From a virus (Duplodnaviria; Caudoviricetes): a stretch of 51,429 nt of DNA. The stretch is taken from positions 1 through 51,429 of the IMG/VR virus record IMGVR_UViG_3300031772_000050. One strand, given 5' to 3'. Position 1 is the first letter of the stretch. Every line of letters begins with the position of its first letter. Made by a program: the position numbers and the translations under genes. The notes below the pieces were generated by a model. It ran no database searches. It saw only the letters and a program-made list of their open reading frames with translations, and had not been told where the DNA came from. Below are positions 35,930 through 45,500 of this stretch, piece by piece.

Positions 35930-36770
35930 TTTTTATGTCCTCAAAGGTAAACGTCCATGCGTCAAAATGAACCTTAACGCCATCTTTCGCCTTAACCTTA
36001 CCATGCCGATTCTTCGCTATGAATATCTCATAGTCTCCCCTTGCCCCTGTGTTATACGGCCAGTAACAGAGCATTACCACGTCCGCTATTTCTTCTATTG
36101 CGCCCGAAGACTTAAGTTGACTTAATGTGGGTATCTTCTCAGCTCCCTCACGATTTATCTGGCTGATTACGACGATAGCTATATCCTGTGTCTTAGCGAG
36201 TTCCTTTAACTTGCGGATATACTCACTTACCGCTTCATGCTTACTTGGAAATCCAGCCCAACTAATCATCTGTAAGTGGTCTAAGAACAAGACATCTACC
36301 TTTGGGTTCAGAGACAGGATAAAATCTTCGAGTTCCCTGAACTTGTACCCTATATCATCTTTTATGCCGAACTTTATATCCTTTATCGCTACCTTGAACA
36401 TGTCTATTGCCGAAGCTGTTTTATCAGTAAGATGGTCGAGTTCGAACATTTCGCTGTTTATCCTGGTTTCCCTGCATATAAGCCGCCTTACAAGCTCCTC
36501 TTTCGTCATCTCAAGAGATATATACATAACCTTGACCTGCCTCTGTGCAAGATTCCACGCTAAGTTACAGCTCAAACTCGTTTTGCCCTCCCCTGTCCTG
36601 GCGCCGATTACGTATAATCGTGTTTTCTTTATGGCGATAATAATATCGTCAATGCCTTTAAGACCGGTGCTATACTTTTCTATGTCCCCGGCTTTCCTTG
36701 TCTGCAACTCTGTCCGGATGCCTTCGGTTATCTCACCAATTGACTGGATCGTGAAACTCGGATTTGTCAT
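35883..36770 (-). CDS. dnaB: DnaB-like replicative helicase (C-terminal RecA domain only)
   Basis: GARTGEGKTS, ISLEM, LFLDHLQ, SQINR, LKSSGAIEEIADVV and IAKNRHG. Confidence 0.92.
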   Translation of the reverse strand: MTNPSFTIQSIGEITEGIRTELQTRKAGDIEKYSTGLKGIDDIIIAIKKTRLYVIGARTGEGKTSLSCNLAWNLAQRQVKVMYISLEMTKEELVRRLICRETRINSEMFELDHLTDKTASAIDMFKVAIKDIKFGIKDDIGYKFRELEDFILSLNPKVDVLFLDHLQMISWAGFPSKHEAVSEYIRKLKELAKTQDIAIVVISQINREGAEKIPTLSQLKSSGAIEEIADVVMLCYWPYNTGARGDYEIFIAKNRHGKVKAKDGVKVHFDAWTFTFEDIKNDNTRDRYRDPEFYR

Positions 36771-36930
36771 TTTTGTATAACGCTTCCCTTCGTTTACTGG
36801 CTTCATTAAGTAACTTTAAGGCTTCGGGCTTATCCCAAGCCATGCCAAATAGCTTCTTTTCTATCTCCAAGCACATCTTCTCGTTTTCCTTCTTCATAAA
36901 GGCAACCTGCGCCTCTATTACCTTACTCAT
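36733..36930 (-). CDS. Hypothetical protein
   Basis: 65 aa between initiator and helicase. Confidence 0.5.
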   Translation of the reverse strand: MSKVIEAQVAFMKKENEKMCLEIEKKLFGMAWDKPEALKLLNEASKRREALYKNDKSEFHDPVNW

Positions 36931-37597
36931 CCTGGCGACCCTTTCGGACTACACCCTTATTCAGCCTGTTTATCTGGCTATAAAACACGCCTGTGCTGTA
37001 GTCGGATTCCTTTATGAACTTATCCGAGCTGGCAAAAAAACAGGTAATAAGCTCTTTCAGCCGCGGCACGTCAAACATCTTTTGAAGTGCCTTAAAGAGT
37101 TTCCCATCCTTGCCGAAGTTGGCAAAGTACTCCTTGTCAAAAGCCTGTTTGTAAGAGGTATAAAAGAACTTTTGGGGTTCACACAATATTGTTTTCTTTA
37201 GTAAAGTATCTATAGATACTAGTTCACTGTGTCGGTTTTTGTATACACCTGTATCGGTTTTTGTATACGGGTACATTTTTGTATACAGTAGCCATTTGTT
37301 ATAATCCTTTTGAAATGAATAGGTTAGGACTTGACTATGCTCACTTTTGTATACTGTTATCATTTTTGTATACAGTAAGGTTCTTCTTGCCCTATGAATA
37401 GAGGGTTTGCTTAGACCAGTTAAGTTCATAAATTGTTTGGTAGATATTCGGTCTGTTTTTCTACCATAACCATAGGTTTGACGCATTATTACATCTAACA
37501 TTTGCCTTGATTTTCCAGGTATTCTACACTTTGCTAATGCTTCCATAATTTCATGGGCAATGGGTGTAAAACCATTTTCTTTTTGGGGGTTTGCCAT
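36923..37597 (-). CDS. Lambda O-like replication initiator
   Basis: MANPQKENGFTPIAHEIMEAL..IMRQTYGY..KTDRIS..QF..LTG, with internal iterons. Confidence 0.9.
   Translation of the reverse strand: MANPQKENGFTPIAHEIMEALAKCRIPGKSRQMLDVIMRQTYGYGRKTDRISTKQFMNLTGLSKPSIHRARRTLLYTKMITVYKSEHSQVLTYSFQKDYNKWLLYTKMYPYTKTDTGVYKNRHSELVSIDTLLKKTILCEPQKFFYTSYKQAFDKEYFANFGKDGKLFKALQKMFDVPRLKELITCFFASSDKFIKESDYSTGVFYSQINRLNKGVVRKGRQDE
37237..37373. repeat. Five TTTTGTATAC iterons (putative origin of replication)
   Basis: Copies at 37237, 37259, 37277, 37345 and 37364. Palindrome AGTATCTATAGATACT at 37205-37220. Confidence 0.8.
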
Positions 37598-37610
37598 TAT
37601 ATTCCTTAAA

Positions 37611-37716
37611 ATAAAAACCCCCTACGCCGTAGCTCAGGAGAGCGGAAGGTTTTTTGAACCTATACGGTTTCGGGGGTCTTTTATCACAAAATAAAAAAAC
37701 CTTCTCACACTCCTGA
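37611..37716 (-). promoter_or_regulatory. Structured 5' leader with two interleaved inverted-repeat pairs
   Basis: A 37694-37716 pairs with A' 37634-37655, and B 37663-37684 pairs with B' 37611-37631. Confidence 0.65.
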
Positions 37717-37725
37717 ACCACTATA

Positions 37726-37754
37726 AGTATACACTACCTTTCTACTCTTGTCAA
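37726..37754 (-). promoter_or_regulatory. Sigma70 promoter of the replication operon
   Basis: TTGACA-17-TATACT. Confidence 0.8.
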
Positions 37755-37755
37755 G

Positions 37756-38028
37756 TTACTCACCCATTAACTCGTTCTTAGCCGCCCGCGCCTCTTCGTC
37801 TAACCCTGCCTCTACAGCGGTTTCTTTACGAACCGTTGGCGGTAAGGGGAGGGCTTCGGGCTTCTTCTCATACTCCGCTATAAGGTTATCAAGAAGAGAC
37901 TTGGCGTTCTTAACATAGACACGTGGAACGTCTATATAAGGCTCCCGTTCGTTCTTCCCGTCCCTTTTCTCGGCAGTAAGCCCATCGGTAAGGATTTCAC
38001 TTATGGCTTTAAGGATTACAAGCAACAT
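37756..38028 (-). CDS. Hypothetical protein
   Basis: Start MLLVILK after GGAGG. Confidence 0.55.
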   Translation of the reverse strand: MLLVILKAISEILTDGLTAEKRDGKNEREPYIDVPRVYVKNAKSLLDNLIAEYEKKPEALPLPPTVRKETAVEAGLDEEARAAKNELMGE

Positions 38029-38041
38029 TTTACCTCCCCTC

Positions 38042-38515
38042 TTAGAAAGATGGTTCTTCACGCCCGCCCGCTGCGATACCGCGTGGACCCGGAACATCAT
38101 CCTTACCCAGTTCAGACGCCATGATTTCCCAAGGCGGATTAACGGAGTTCTGGTCGTACCCCTTCGGATTCTTCCCCTTAACGACATTCGCCTCAATAAT
38201 GGCATGGAGGCAGTACCGATTAAGAAAAACCTGTATACGGTCAGGATTGTCCATAGGAACAATGGCCTCTTCCCCAAGACCAAGAGCCGTCAGCCAGGCC
38301 GCAGCAATACCTTCCGCGGCTTCACTCATAGAGAACCCAAGCTCTATTTGAGTGCCTTGTTCAGGACAAGGATTGATGACTATACACATAGGAATAATAT
38401 AAGGCGCCCCAGAGCCACCCGTTACCACATTGAACTCCGTAACACGGAACTTGTAATGCCCGTCCGCTATAACCGACTTACCACCACGCTTAAAATTACC
38501 TAATTTCTTTTCCAT
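38042..38515 (-). CDS. ssDNA-binding protein (DUF669-like)
   Basis: IADGHYKFRV OB-like start, acidic tail ending EEPSF, downstream of the Sak4-like ATPase. Confidence 0.65.
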   Translation of the reverse strand: MEKKLGNFKRGGKSVIADGHYKFRVTEFNVVTGGSGAPYIIPMCIVINPCPEQGTQIELGFSMSEAAEGIAAAWLTALGLGEEAIVPMDNPDRIQVFLNRYCLHAIIEANVVKGKNPKGYDQNSVNPPWEIMASELGKDDVPGPRGIAAGGREEPSF

Positions 38516-38529
38516 GTCCTCAAATCTCC

Positions 38530-38754
38530 TTATTTTATGACTATTTTTTCCTTTGCCGAGACTATCTGCACCCTCAATGTGCAGTTATCAAGGGTTATTG
38601 CCTGCCTCTTTGACTTGTGAAGTTCCAGAATTAGAGCCTCTTCCGTCTTCTTACAGTCTTCTGTAGCCGTCTTCTTCGCTTCCTTAGCCTTTAGATAGGC
38701 TATGGCCGTTTTCCCTACCGCATCGAGTTTAATGTCTACTAAGTCGTTACTCAT
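38530..38754 (-). CDS. Hypothetical protein
   Basis: MSNDLV start after AGGAGG. Confidence 0.55.
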   Translation of the reverse strand: MSNDLVDIKLDAVGKTAIAYLKAKEAKKTATEDCKKTEEALILELHKSKRQAITLDNCTLRVQIVSAKEKIVIK

Positions 38755-38996
38755 ATCAAACCTCCTTTTTCTGACTCTGAGGACTGCACTTGGCTCTTGT
38801 CTCCGCTCGTAGAACGCTTCTTTATCCACTTCTTGAAGTAAGGATATAGGGGGCAAGACTTCCCAAAGCAATCTTCCCAACTACCTTCCTTTTCACCATT
38901 ACACATAAAGCATTGTGCCTTAATACTTTGCTTCATTGTTAATGGTAATCCTTTCTTGAATTTCTCGTATTCTGCCTGACCTTTAAGTTTACCCAA
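38751..38996 (-). CDS. Small zinc-binding phage protein
   Basis: SIKAQCFMC...DC....CPLYPY. Confidence 0.6.
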   Translation of the reverse strand: MGKLKGQAEYEKFKKGLPLTMKQSIKAQCFMCNGEKEGSWEDCFGKSCPLYPYFKKWIKKRSTSGDKSQVQSSESEKGGLI

Positions 38997-39231
38997 TCTT
39001 CTCTCCTACAAGTGCTATACCAGGAATAACCAGACACAAACCTGATAACGTTCCTACCGCCGATGCAACGATAATCTTTCCTAAACCCCATGCTATATCA
39101 GAGGCAACTATCACAGGAGTTATTCCTTGAATAAGTTGGATTATCCCCTTAATAAACATGAGATAAAATCCTACATACAGACCTAAAATCAGACCTGTAA
39201 TTATCAACACTACTCCTATCAAATCCTTCAT
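38989..39231 (-). CDS. Two-TM membrane protein
   Basis: Two hydrophobic helices. Confidence 0.65.
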   Translation of the reverse strand: MKDLIGVVLIITGLILGLYVGFYLMFIKGIIQLIQGITPVIVASDIAWGLGKIIVASAVGTLSGLCLVIPGIALVGEKIG

Positions 39232-40106
39232 ACCTTTTCTCCTTTTAGCTTACGAAATATCGTGGCAAGGTCAGCCTTCTCAAACTTTTCAAGCAGAGGA
39301 AGCCCGTCTCCCTCATCTCTACGCTTACAGGCAACCCTCATGTCGCTTTCAAACTGGAGATACCGTGTTCCTTCCTTGCTTATTCCCATCATAGCAGTCT
39401 GGTCGACAAGACCGATATACTCCATTGTCGTAGATCGCATTACCATAGGGGCTTCGTAGGACGTAAGGTGGCCTTCCGCATCCTCTATCGGCACTACCAT
39501 CTTCCAGAAGTTGAAGATGACGTTGATACCCTTATAGGTAAGACGGCGCATATCCCGTATGTTCTTCCTCATGTAGAAAGCATCGTCGCCCCACTCCTTC
39601 TGCCGGGGAACATTCAACTCTTTAAGCCGAGTCAAGGCCATAAGGATAAACTTCTCATACTCCGACATGTTATCAAAGAAGATAAACTTAAAAGGATGTG
39701 CCTGCTCATGGAGATACTGAACCAGACCTTTCATCCTCACTAGACTATCTATCTCCTCCTCCACGCGATAAACCGTTACTACACGCTTACCTTCATGCTG
39801 AAGAACCATCTCCCCGGCCTCTACGTCTATCACAAGGATTTCTTCTGCCTTGCAGTAGGGCTTATTAACATAACCTTTACCATACTCCCACCCAAGCAAG
39901 GTCTTAGCAAGTGAGGTCTTGCCAACCCCAGGATCTGAGTATATTATCATGCTGATACCCTTATCCTCAATAACAGACCCCGGTTGCTTAAAGGAAGTCT
40001 GTATCTGCTGGCTTATAGAGATAATCTTGGCGGTATCCTCCTTATTGAACTTATCCTTGCCTTCGTCTTGTTGCTTCGGTTCTATACGTTGCGTCGTCAT
40101 AACCAT
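39228..40106 (-). CDS. Sak4-like AAA ATPase / ssDNA-annealing protein
   Basis: IIYSDPGVGKTSLAKT, VIDVEAG, FFDNMSE and QKEWG. Confidence 0.8.
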   Translation of the reverse strand: MVMTTQRIEPKQQDEGKDKFNKEDTAKIISISQQIQTSFKQPGSVIEDKGISMIIYSDPGVGKTSLAKTLLGWEYGKGYVNKPYCKAEEILVIDVEAGEMVLQHEGKRVVTVYRVEEEIDSLVRMKGLVQYLHEQAHPFKFIFFDNMSEYEKFILMALTRLKELNVPRQKEWGDDAFYMRKNIRDMRRLTYKGINVIFNFWKMVVPIEDAEGHLTSYEAPMVMRSTTMEYIGLVDQTAMMGISKEGTRYLQFESDMRVACKRRDEGDGLPLLEKFEKADLATIFRKLKGEKV

Positions 40107-40546
40107 TACACCACCTCTTTCTGTGGCTTAGGTCTACCCGTAAACCGACCTAAGGCCGGGTTGAAAGCCCACATCATATCCTTCTCCTTATGTAAATGAA
40201 GGCGGCGAATCGCGGTATCTACGATAATCTCGGCTTTCTTCTCCTGACTATTCAGGTCATCAAAGGCTTCTTCCTTTAGCCGCCTCATCTTGACTTCCTG
40301 ATAGGAACACTGCTTGAACTTGGTGTCCTTATCCATAATCTTCTGCATGTGCTCCTGCCACTCGGTCTTGAACCAGTCTGGCGGAACAACGAACCTTGAG
40401 ACAGTCCCGTCCGCTTCCCGACACCTTTCATGGTCTTTACCACACTTCGGACACTTGTCGATAAACTTAACCCCCGGACCTATTGGCTGCGGGGTCTCCG
40501 TACCGCACGGACATAACCACATTGCTTGTTTCTTTTCGTCTGTCAT
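40106..40546 (-). CDS. Zinc-ribbon plus coiled-coil protein
   Basis: CPCG and CPKCG. Confidence 0.6.
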   Translation of the reverse strand: MTDEKKQAMWLCPCGTETPQPIGPGVKFIDKCPKCGKDHERCREADGTVSRFVVPPDWFKTEWQEHMQKIMDKDTKFKQCSYQEVKMRRLKEEAFDDLNSQEKKAEIIVDTAIRRLHLHKEKDMMWAFNPALGRFTGRPKPQKEVV

Positions 40547-40558
40547 CTTTATTCTCCT

Positions 40559-41494
40559 CTAAATTTCGTCGTGCTGTCTGCCCTTTAACGTAAAGGTCTG
40601 CGAGATATAGAACCTATCTGTCTCCATACCTTCACAAAGTTTTCGGTATTCGCACCCTTTATAATCCGCGCACCGAGCGGGATTCTTATAGGGATAATAC
40701 CTGTACATGTCGTCCGCAATCTGTAACAACTCCGCGTGCCATTTCGTCAACTCTTCGGGACTACGGTAAATCATCTCGCGCCTGAAGTACTTACGCTTCT
40801 CAGGGGCGTTCTTAACGTCGTCTATAATCGCCTTCCCTATTCGCTTGTGGAAGTGTTCCGAAGTCTCAAATACATTCTGCTTAAGTTTCGGCTTAACCAG
40901 TACATTATAGAGAATACCAACCGCCGGATAGCCCATACGACCGAAGCTATACAAATAAGTATCAGACTGATCGTCCAGTTCAAGGCGAGCAAGGTAATCA
41001 TTAAGGTTAAAAGAGGAAGTAGTCTTAGTCTCAAAGAGGTATGGCATGCCATTCTGTTTAATCTTGGCATCTGTCTTTCCGCATAGAATAAACTTCTTCT
41101 CAGGGAGTCCAGTATGCTCGACTTCAATAGAGAATCGAACCTCAGGAACGTACTCCTGAAACTCGTCTTGCGGATAAATGTCGGCATAGCCCTTAAACAG
41201 GCCGACTGCGATTGTCCTGTGTAAATCCCGTTCCTCCTCCTCATATTCCGTCTCCTTGTCGTAAAGGGTCTCAAGAACCGTTACAATGCCCTGTATTTGG
41301 GGGGTTTTATCAGGTGTTTTAGCGTCTTGCGAGGGGGGTACGCCATAATATGTCTCCAGAGCCAGATGCACGTTAGAGCCGTCTATAAGCGCCCAAGACT
41401 GCTTCTTTGGCTTAAGGAACTGGTTATAGGCAAAGTCGTACTTCTTATGACAGTCCCTGAACGTCTGAATACTACTGTGAGTTAGGACTAACAC
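40559..41494 (-). CDS. PD-(D/E)XK exonuclease (Cas4/RecB-like)
   Basis: HSSIQTFRDC..KY, GSNVHLALE, GKTD..ETKT, QSDTY and C-terminal C....CEYRKLC. Confidence 0.85.
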   Translation of the reverse strand: MLVLTHSSIQTFRDCHKKYDFAYNQFLKPKKQSWALIDGSNVHLALETYYGVPPSQDAKTPDKTPQIQGIVTVLETLYDKETEYEEEERDLHRTIAVGLFKGYADIYPQDEFQEYVPEVRFSIEVEHTGLPEKKFILCGKTDAKIKQNGMPYLFETKTTSSFNLNDYLARLELDDQSDTYLYSFGRMGYPAVGILYNVLVKPKLKQNVFETSEHFHKRIGKAIIDDVKNAPEKRKYFRREMIYRSPEELTKWHAELLQIADDMYRYYPYKNPARCADYKGCEYRKLCEGMETDRFYISQTFTLKGRQHDEI

Positions 41495-41642
41495 CTTTCC
41501 TCATCCCTTTATGAATTGTCTTGAAGTATTCGTGGAGTGCGAACTCGACCATCTTGGTAAGCGAAATGCCGGTAAAGTCTTTGGCACGGAGTAACTCTCT
41601 ATGAACATCACCAGATACTCTTACCACTTTACCACTTTTCAT
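41472..41642 (-). CDS. Ribbon-helix-helix regulator, probably leaderless
   Basis: KVVRVSGDVHREL....GISLTKMVEFAL.EY. ATG lies 7 nt after the -10. Confidence 0.65.
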   Translation of the reverse strand: MKSGKVVRVSGDVHRELLRAKDFTGISLTKMVEFALHEYFKTIHKGMRKGVSPNSQ

Positions 41643-41649
41643 ACCACAG

Positions 41650-41678
41650 AGTATACCTGATGATATAACATTTGTCAA
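41650..41678 (-). promoter_or_regulatory. Sigma70 promoter of the recombination operon
   Basis: TTGACA-17-TATACT. Confidence 0.8.
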
Positions 41679-41885
41679 TAAAAATTTACATTATTTTAAG
41701 TCGGCTTCCCAGTAGCACTTTACTGAACCGACGGGGCCTTTACAAACAAGCCTCATCAAGCCAAACTGCTGAGAGGTATTGATTTCTTTCGGCTCTTTCT
41801 TATTACTCAATACCCACATCCAGTACTTGCCGTACGACCAGCGAAAGAACTTAAAGCCTACTATAAACTCCGTCAGGCTATATAG

Positions 41886-42074
41886 TCACTCGCCCTTGTG
41901 TTTAAACCAATTAGCCGCCATAACGATAAGAGCCGCTATAATAGACCCTACGGTCATCTGCTCTATGTTATCGGGCACTAATTTTAATATAGTCTGCGGA
42001 TTTGCTACCAGATACGCAGTAACAAACGTCCCTATCGCTAACAACCCTTTTACAATCATCTTTCCAAAGTCCAT
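41886..42074 (-). CDS. Holin-like two-TM protein
   Basis: 62 aa with two TM helices and a C-terminal ANWFKH, at the end of the late operon. Confidence 0.55.
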   Translation of the reverse strand: MDFGKMIVKGLLAIGTFVTAYLVANPQTILKLVPDNIEQMTVGSIIAALIVMAANWFKHKGE

Positions 42075-42089
42075 ATTACCCTCCTTTTG

Positions 42090-42584
42090 TTATACCATGA
42101 ACAACGGACAAAGAAATATACTTATTCCGCAGACCGCTTCCTTATAAGAAGCGTTAAGGTCACCATCAGCCCAGCCCCCAAGAGCACCAAGAGTAACCAT
42201 AGGGCATAAAACACATAAGCTATACACTCCCCAACTCCCCGTAACAATAGCAACAAGAATCGCCGAAGCACCATGTACGCCTCCTACTATAAACTGTTGC
42301 GGTATCCGTCCTATTAGCTTTCTAATCCAACTGTCCGCGCCGTAGGAAAAGACCGACATGGTCAGGTAGTATAAAGGAATAGATAAAAGAATAGCCCCTA
42401 ATAACATTAGTGAGAACTTCCCCATCAGGAACATGAAGACGATCCAATTAACGGCAAGGATAATAGGAAGGTATAAGCGCCGCTTGATACCTACTCCCCG
42501 GCCGGCCAACGAGTATAGCAACCCGATAAGTGCCGCAATAAGGAGTTTAACCCCTGCGAGCCAAGTCAAAGTCATCTCAGTCAT
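42090..42584 (-). CDS. Multi-pass membrane protein
   Basis: 164 aa with five to six hydrophobic segments. Confidence 0.7.
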   Translation of the reverse strand: MTEMTLTWLAGVKLLIAALIGLLYSLAGRGVGIKRRLYLPIILAVNWIVFMFLMGKFSLMLLGAILLSIPLYYLTMSVFSYGADSWIRKLIGRIPQQFIVGGVHGASAILVAIVTGSWGVYSLCVLCPMVTLGALGGWADGDLNASYKEAVCGISIFLCPLFMV

Positions 42585-45500
42585 TATAAGCCTTTCCTTT
42601 CCGCTATTAACTTGTCCACTATAGCATGATAGTCAGGGCGAGCACCTTGACGCACTCTGCCAGCACCTAACTTCTTTCTACCAAACTTAAAGGGCTTGGT
42701 CTTCTTACCGTATGTCCGTTCATAAGCCTCACCTAACTCAAAGGGAGTAAGACCCAACGAGAGCATAATCTTCTCCCTCAAGGTATGAGGTTTGTAGATA
42801 GTCTTGATTGCCTTACCACGTTTTACCTTTACACCTTCCGCCGCAAACAACATACCTTTCGAAAAGAATTGTGTTCCTGCTAAAGGAAGGGTCGTTAAAG
42901 CACCTATGGGTCCATATCTATCATACATTATCTTTGCACGTTTTGCTTTATCGGCAAGCATAGTTAATGACCGAATACTAATACCACTCTCAAACCCACG
43001 TAGAGAAACGGGTGCTAAGAACTTTGCCGATACCCCAAGTATACCCGGAAAACCAGCTATCAGGAAGCGGTCGAGTAATCCTTTCTTCATCTTCTTCTTA
43101 ACAAGTCGCCGACCAAAAGGAACACCTGCCATCATCGAAGCGCCTAAGAGCCATAATAACTTCTGCCCAAGTGTCCCTCTGGCAAACTTGTTTATCCAGT
43201 CCATTACCCACTTCATAAATATAAGCCCAGAACGCCTAACAATACCCCAACCTCTTTTCCGCATAAAGACGGGAACGGCGCCCTTATAAAAAGGCTTACC
43301 TTCGTTAAGGAAGTGCCAAGCATATTCATAGGCCGCATCGTCATGTAACCCGGCATCTCTCGCTAACGCAAGGCCAAACTTGAAGGTCTGGCGACTACTC
43401 CAAGCATCTGTTCTCTTTCCTATCATATCGGCATGTTCCAATAGGTCGTCTGCCTTACCGCGTATCTGTTCCTTCATATACGACTTAATCAAGCCCTCTT
43501 CCTTAGCTTTAAGGAGAAGACGACGATACTCCTCTTCTAACGGCTTAAGAAAGCCTACTTTATCCTTAGCACGGTCAAAAGCCATAGTCCAAGACCAGTA
43601 GACTTCCGTTACGTTCTGAATAGCAAAGAGGGGAGAATTGGCAAGTGCCGCAAAGTAAACGAGAGCGTTCGCCGTATCTAAGACAACATTACCTCGCTCA
43701 TCCTCCAAGAGTAAATCCAAGTAATCATTAAGAATGCCTGTGCGGAAAGCCTTATCACGAACCTGACGGCTCTCTTTCAAAGTTGTGATATTCTCCGTTC
43801 CTACTTTAGGGACTTTGCTCTTGAGTTCTTTTAGGTCGTTAGCCCTTACTCTGCCAACCGCTGACTTCGCTATATCAACCATACCTTTACTGATACCTTC
43901 CCAATCTACTCTATATCCGGGGATACCCGTATCTTGGTTTATATGGCTTAGCAGGGTAGACATACCTCGATACGCATTGATAATCTTCTGGGCTTCTTCA
44001 CTCTTAAGGTCTATACCACGCTGGTTAAGCCAGTAGGTAACATCTAAGACATTACCCATATAGAAGTCCATAGATAATGGTGCGTCTAATCCGATATTGA
44101 CCACCCGTTCAGGAAACTGTTGGTTAGAGAGTTCTTTAAGGCGGTTGGCGTATCCAAGGGATGGCACGCGGGCAGAGTACATCATCTCCTGCTTACCCGT
44201 TTCGGGATCTACTTCGCCGGAGATTGTTACCCAATACTTACCCTGAGCCCGCGAGTGTGTAATATACTGCCCCGGACCCCACGGTAAGAGTTCCTTAATA
44301 AGTTGCCTATTCTCCTCACTTAAGATTTCAGGCACTTCGGTAAGGTAATCGTCTATATAGCGAGACTCTTCTACATACTGTCCTGTCTCGGGGTCTACTC
44401 TCTTTATGGTAATCTGCTCTTTCTCTTCAAGGACTTCCATATCAGGAAACTTAGACTTGAGATTATCCTTAGCGGGACCCGTTACCCACTTCTCACTTAC
44501 ACCCTTCTTCGTATTATAGACTACTCTATACCGTTTACCCTTAGAACGTACCCTTACACCAAGCCTTGACTCCATAATCTCTTCCACGATACGGTTGTAA
44601 GCAAACTTGTGAAGGGTAACATAAGCCTTACCGGCATAAAACTCCTTCTCAGTAATTCTTCCTTCTCTTAAGGCGTTCTCTAATATAGAGTCGATATCAA
44701 CAGAGTTATCCCTATCGGCTGCCACAAATATCTCCGCAAGAGCCTTTGAGTTTTTAGCGGCGTCCATCAGACGTTCAGTTACATCTACAGTCTTACGGTA
44801 AGCAAGGGCTTTAGCCATAATGTTTTCTATAGCAAGAGTAAAAGGCTTTGAGTCAGGATTAGCCCGAAGGTAGTTGTGCATTAGTTCCGTGCTGTGAATC
44901 GCCTCTTTAGCGGTCTGGAGGAGGTCGCTCGCTACCTCACCAAACTTCTTACCCATAGACATAGCAAGGTCTTCGTCCGACACGTCCATAACGAACGAAG
45001 CACCGTATTTCTCTTTAGCATTACCACCTTCCCTCGCCTGTATCTTGTCGGTTAGACCTGTCGCCTTACTTACTGACTTCTGCCTTAGCTCGCGGTCTAT
45101 CTTATCCAGCCAGCGCTGGACACGCTTCCGTTGAGAAGGAGTAAAGCGACCCGTATCTAAGGTCTCCTGTATGCCTTGAAGATAGCCCGTCTTACCTGTC
45201 TCTCGATAGTTCTTAATGCTGTCCTTCATAAACTTCCTATAGTCCGTATCGGAGAAAGGCTCAATCTCTAATGTCTTATCGGAAACAGGTTCAAGTTCAG
45301 GAGGCTTGCCCCCACGTTCCGCCCATGTCTTATCTAAGAAGTTCTGTATCGCCTTTCTCTGCGGGGCGGTTAGAGGTGTCTGTAGCTTTGCCTGTAGGTC
45401 GTCCTGGACTTCCATCTTGCCTGCGCGGTATTCCTTTATCTTATCCCGCATGAAGGTCTGGAACTCATCGGTTGGCGGAGGTTTCAATTCCTGCTTTAGA

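Noticed and set aside
40559-41494. CRISPR-associated Cas4
   Set aside because: It sits with a Sak4-like ATPase and SSB as a standard phage recombination module, with no cas genes or array.
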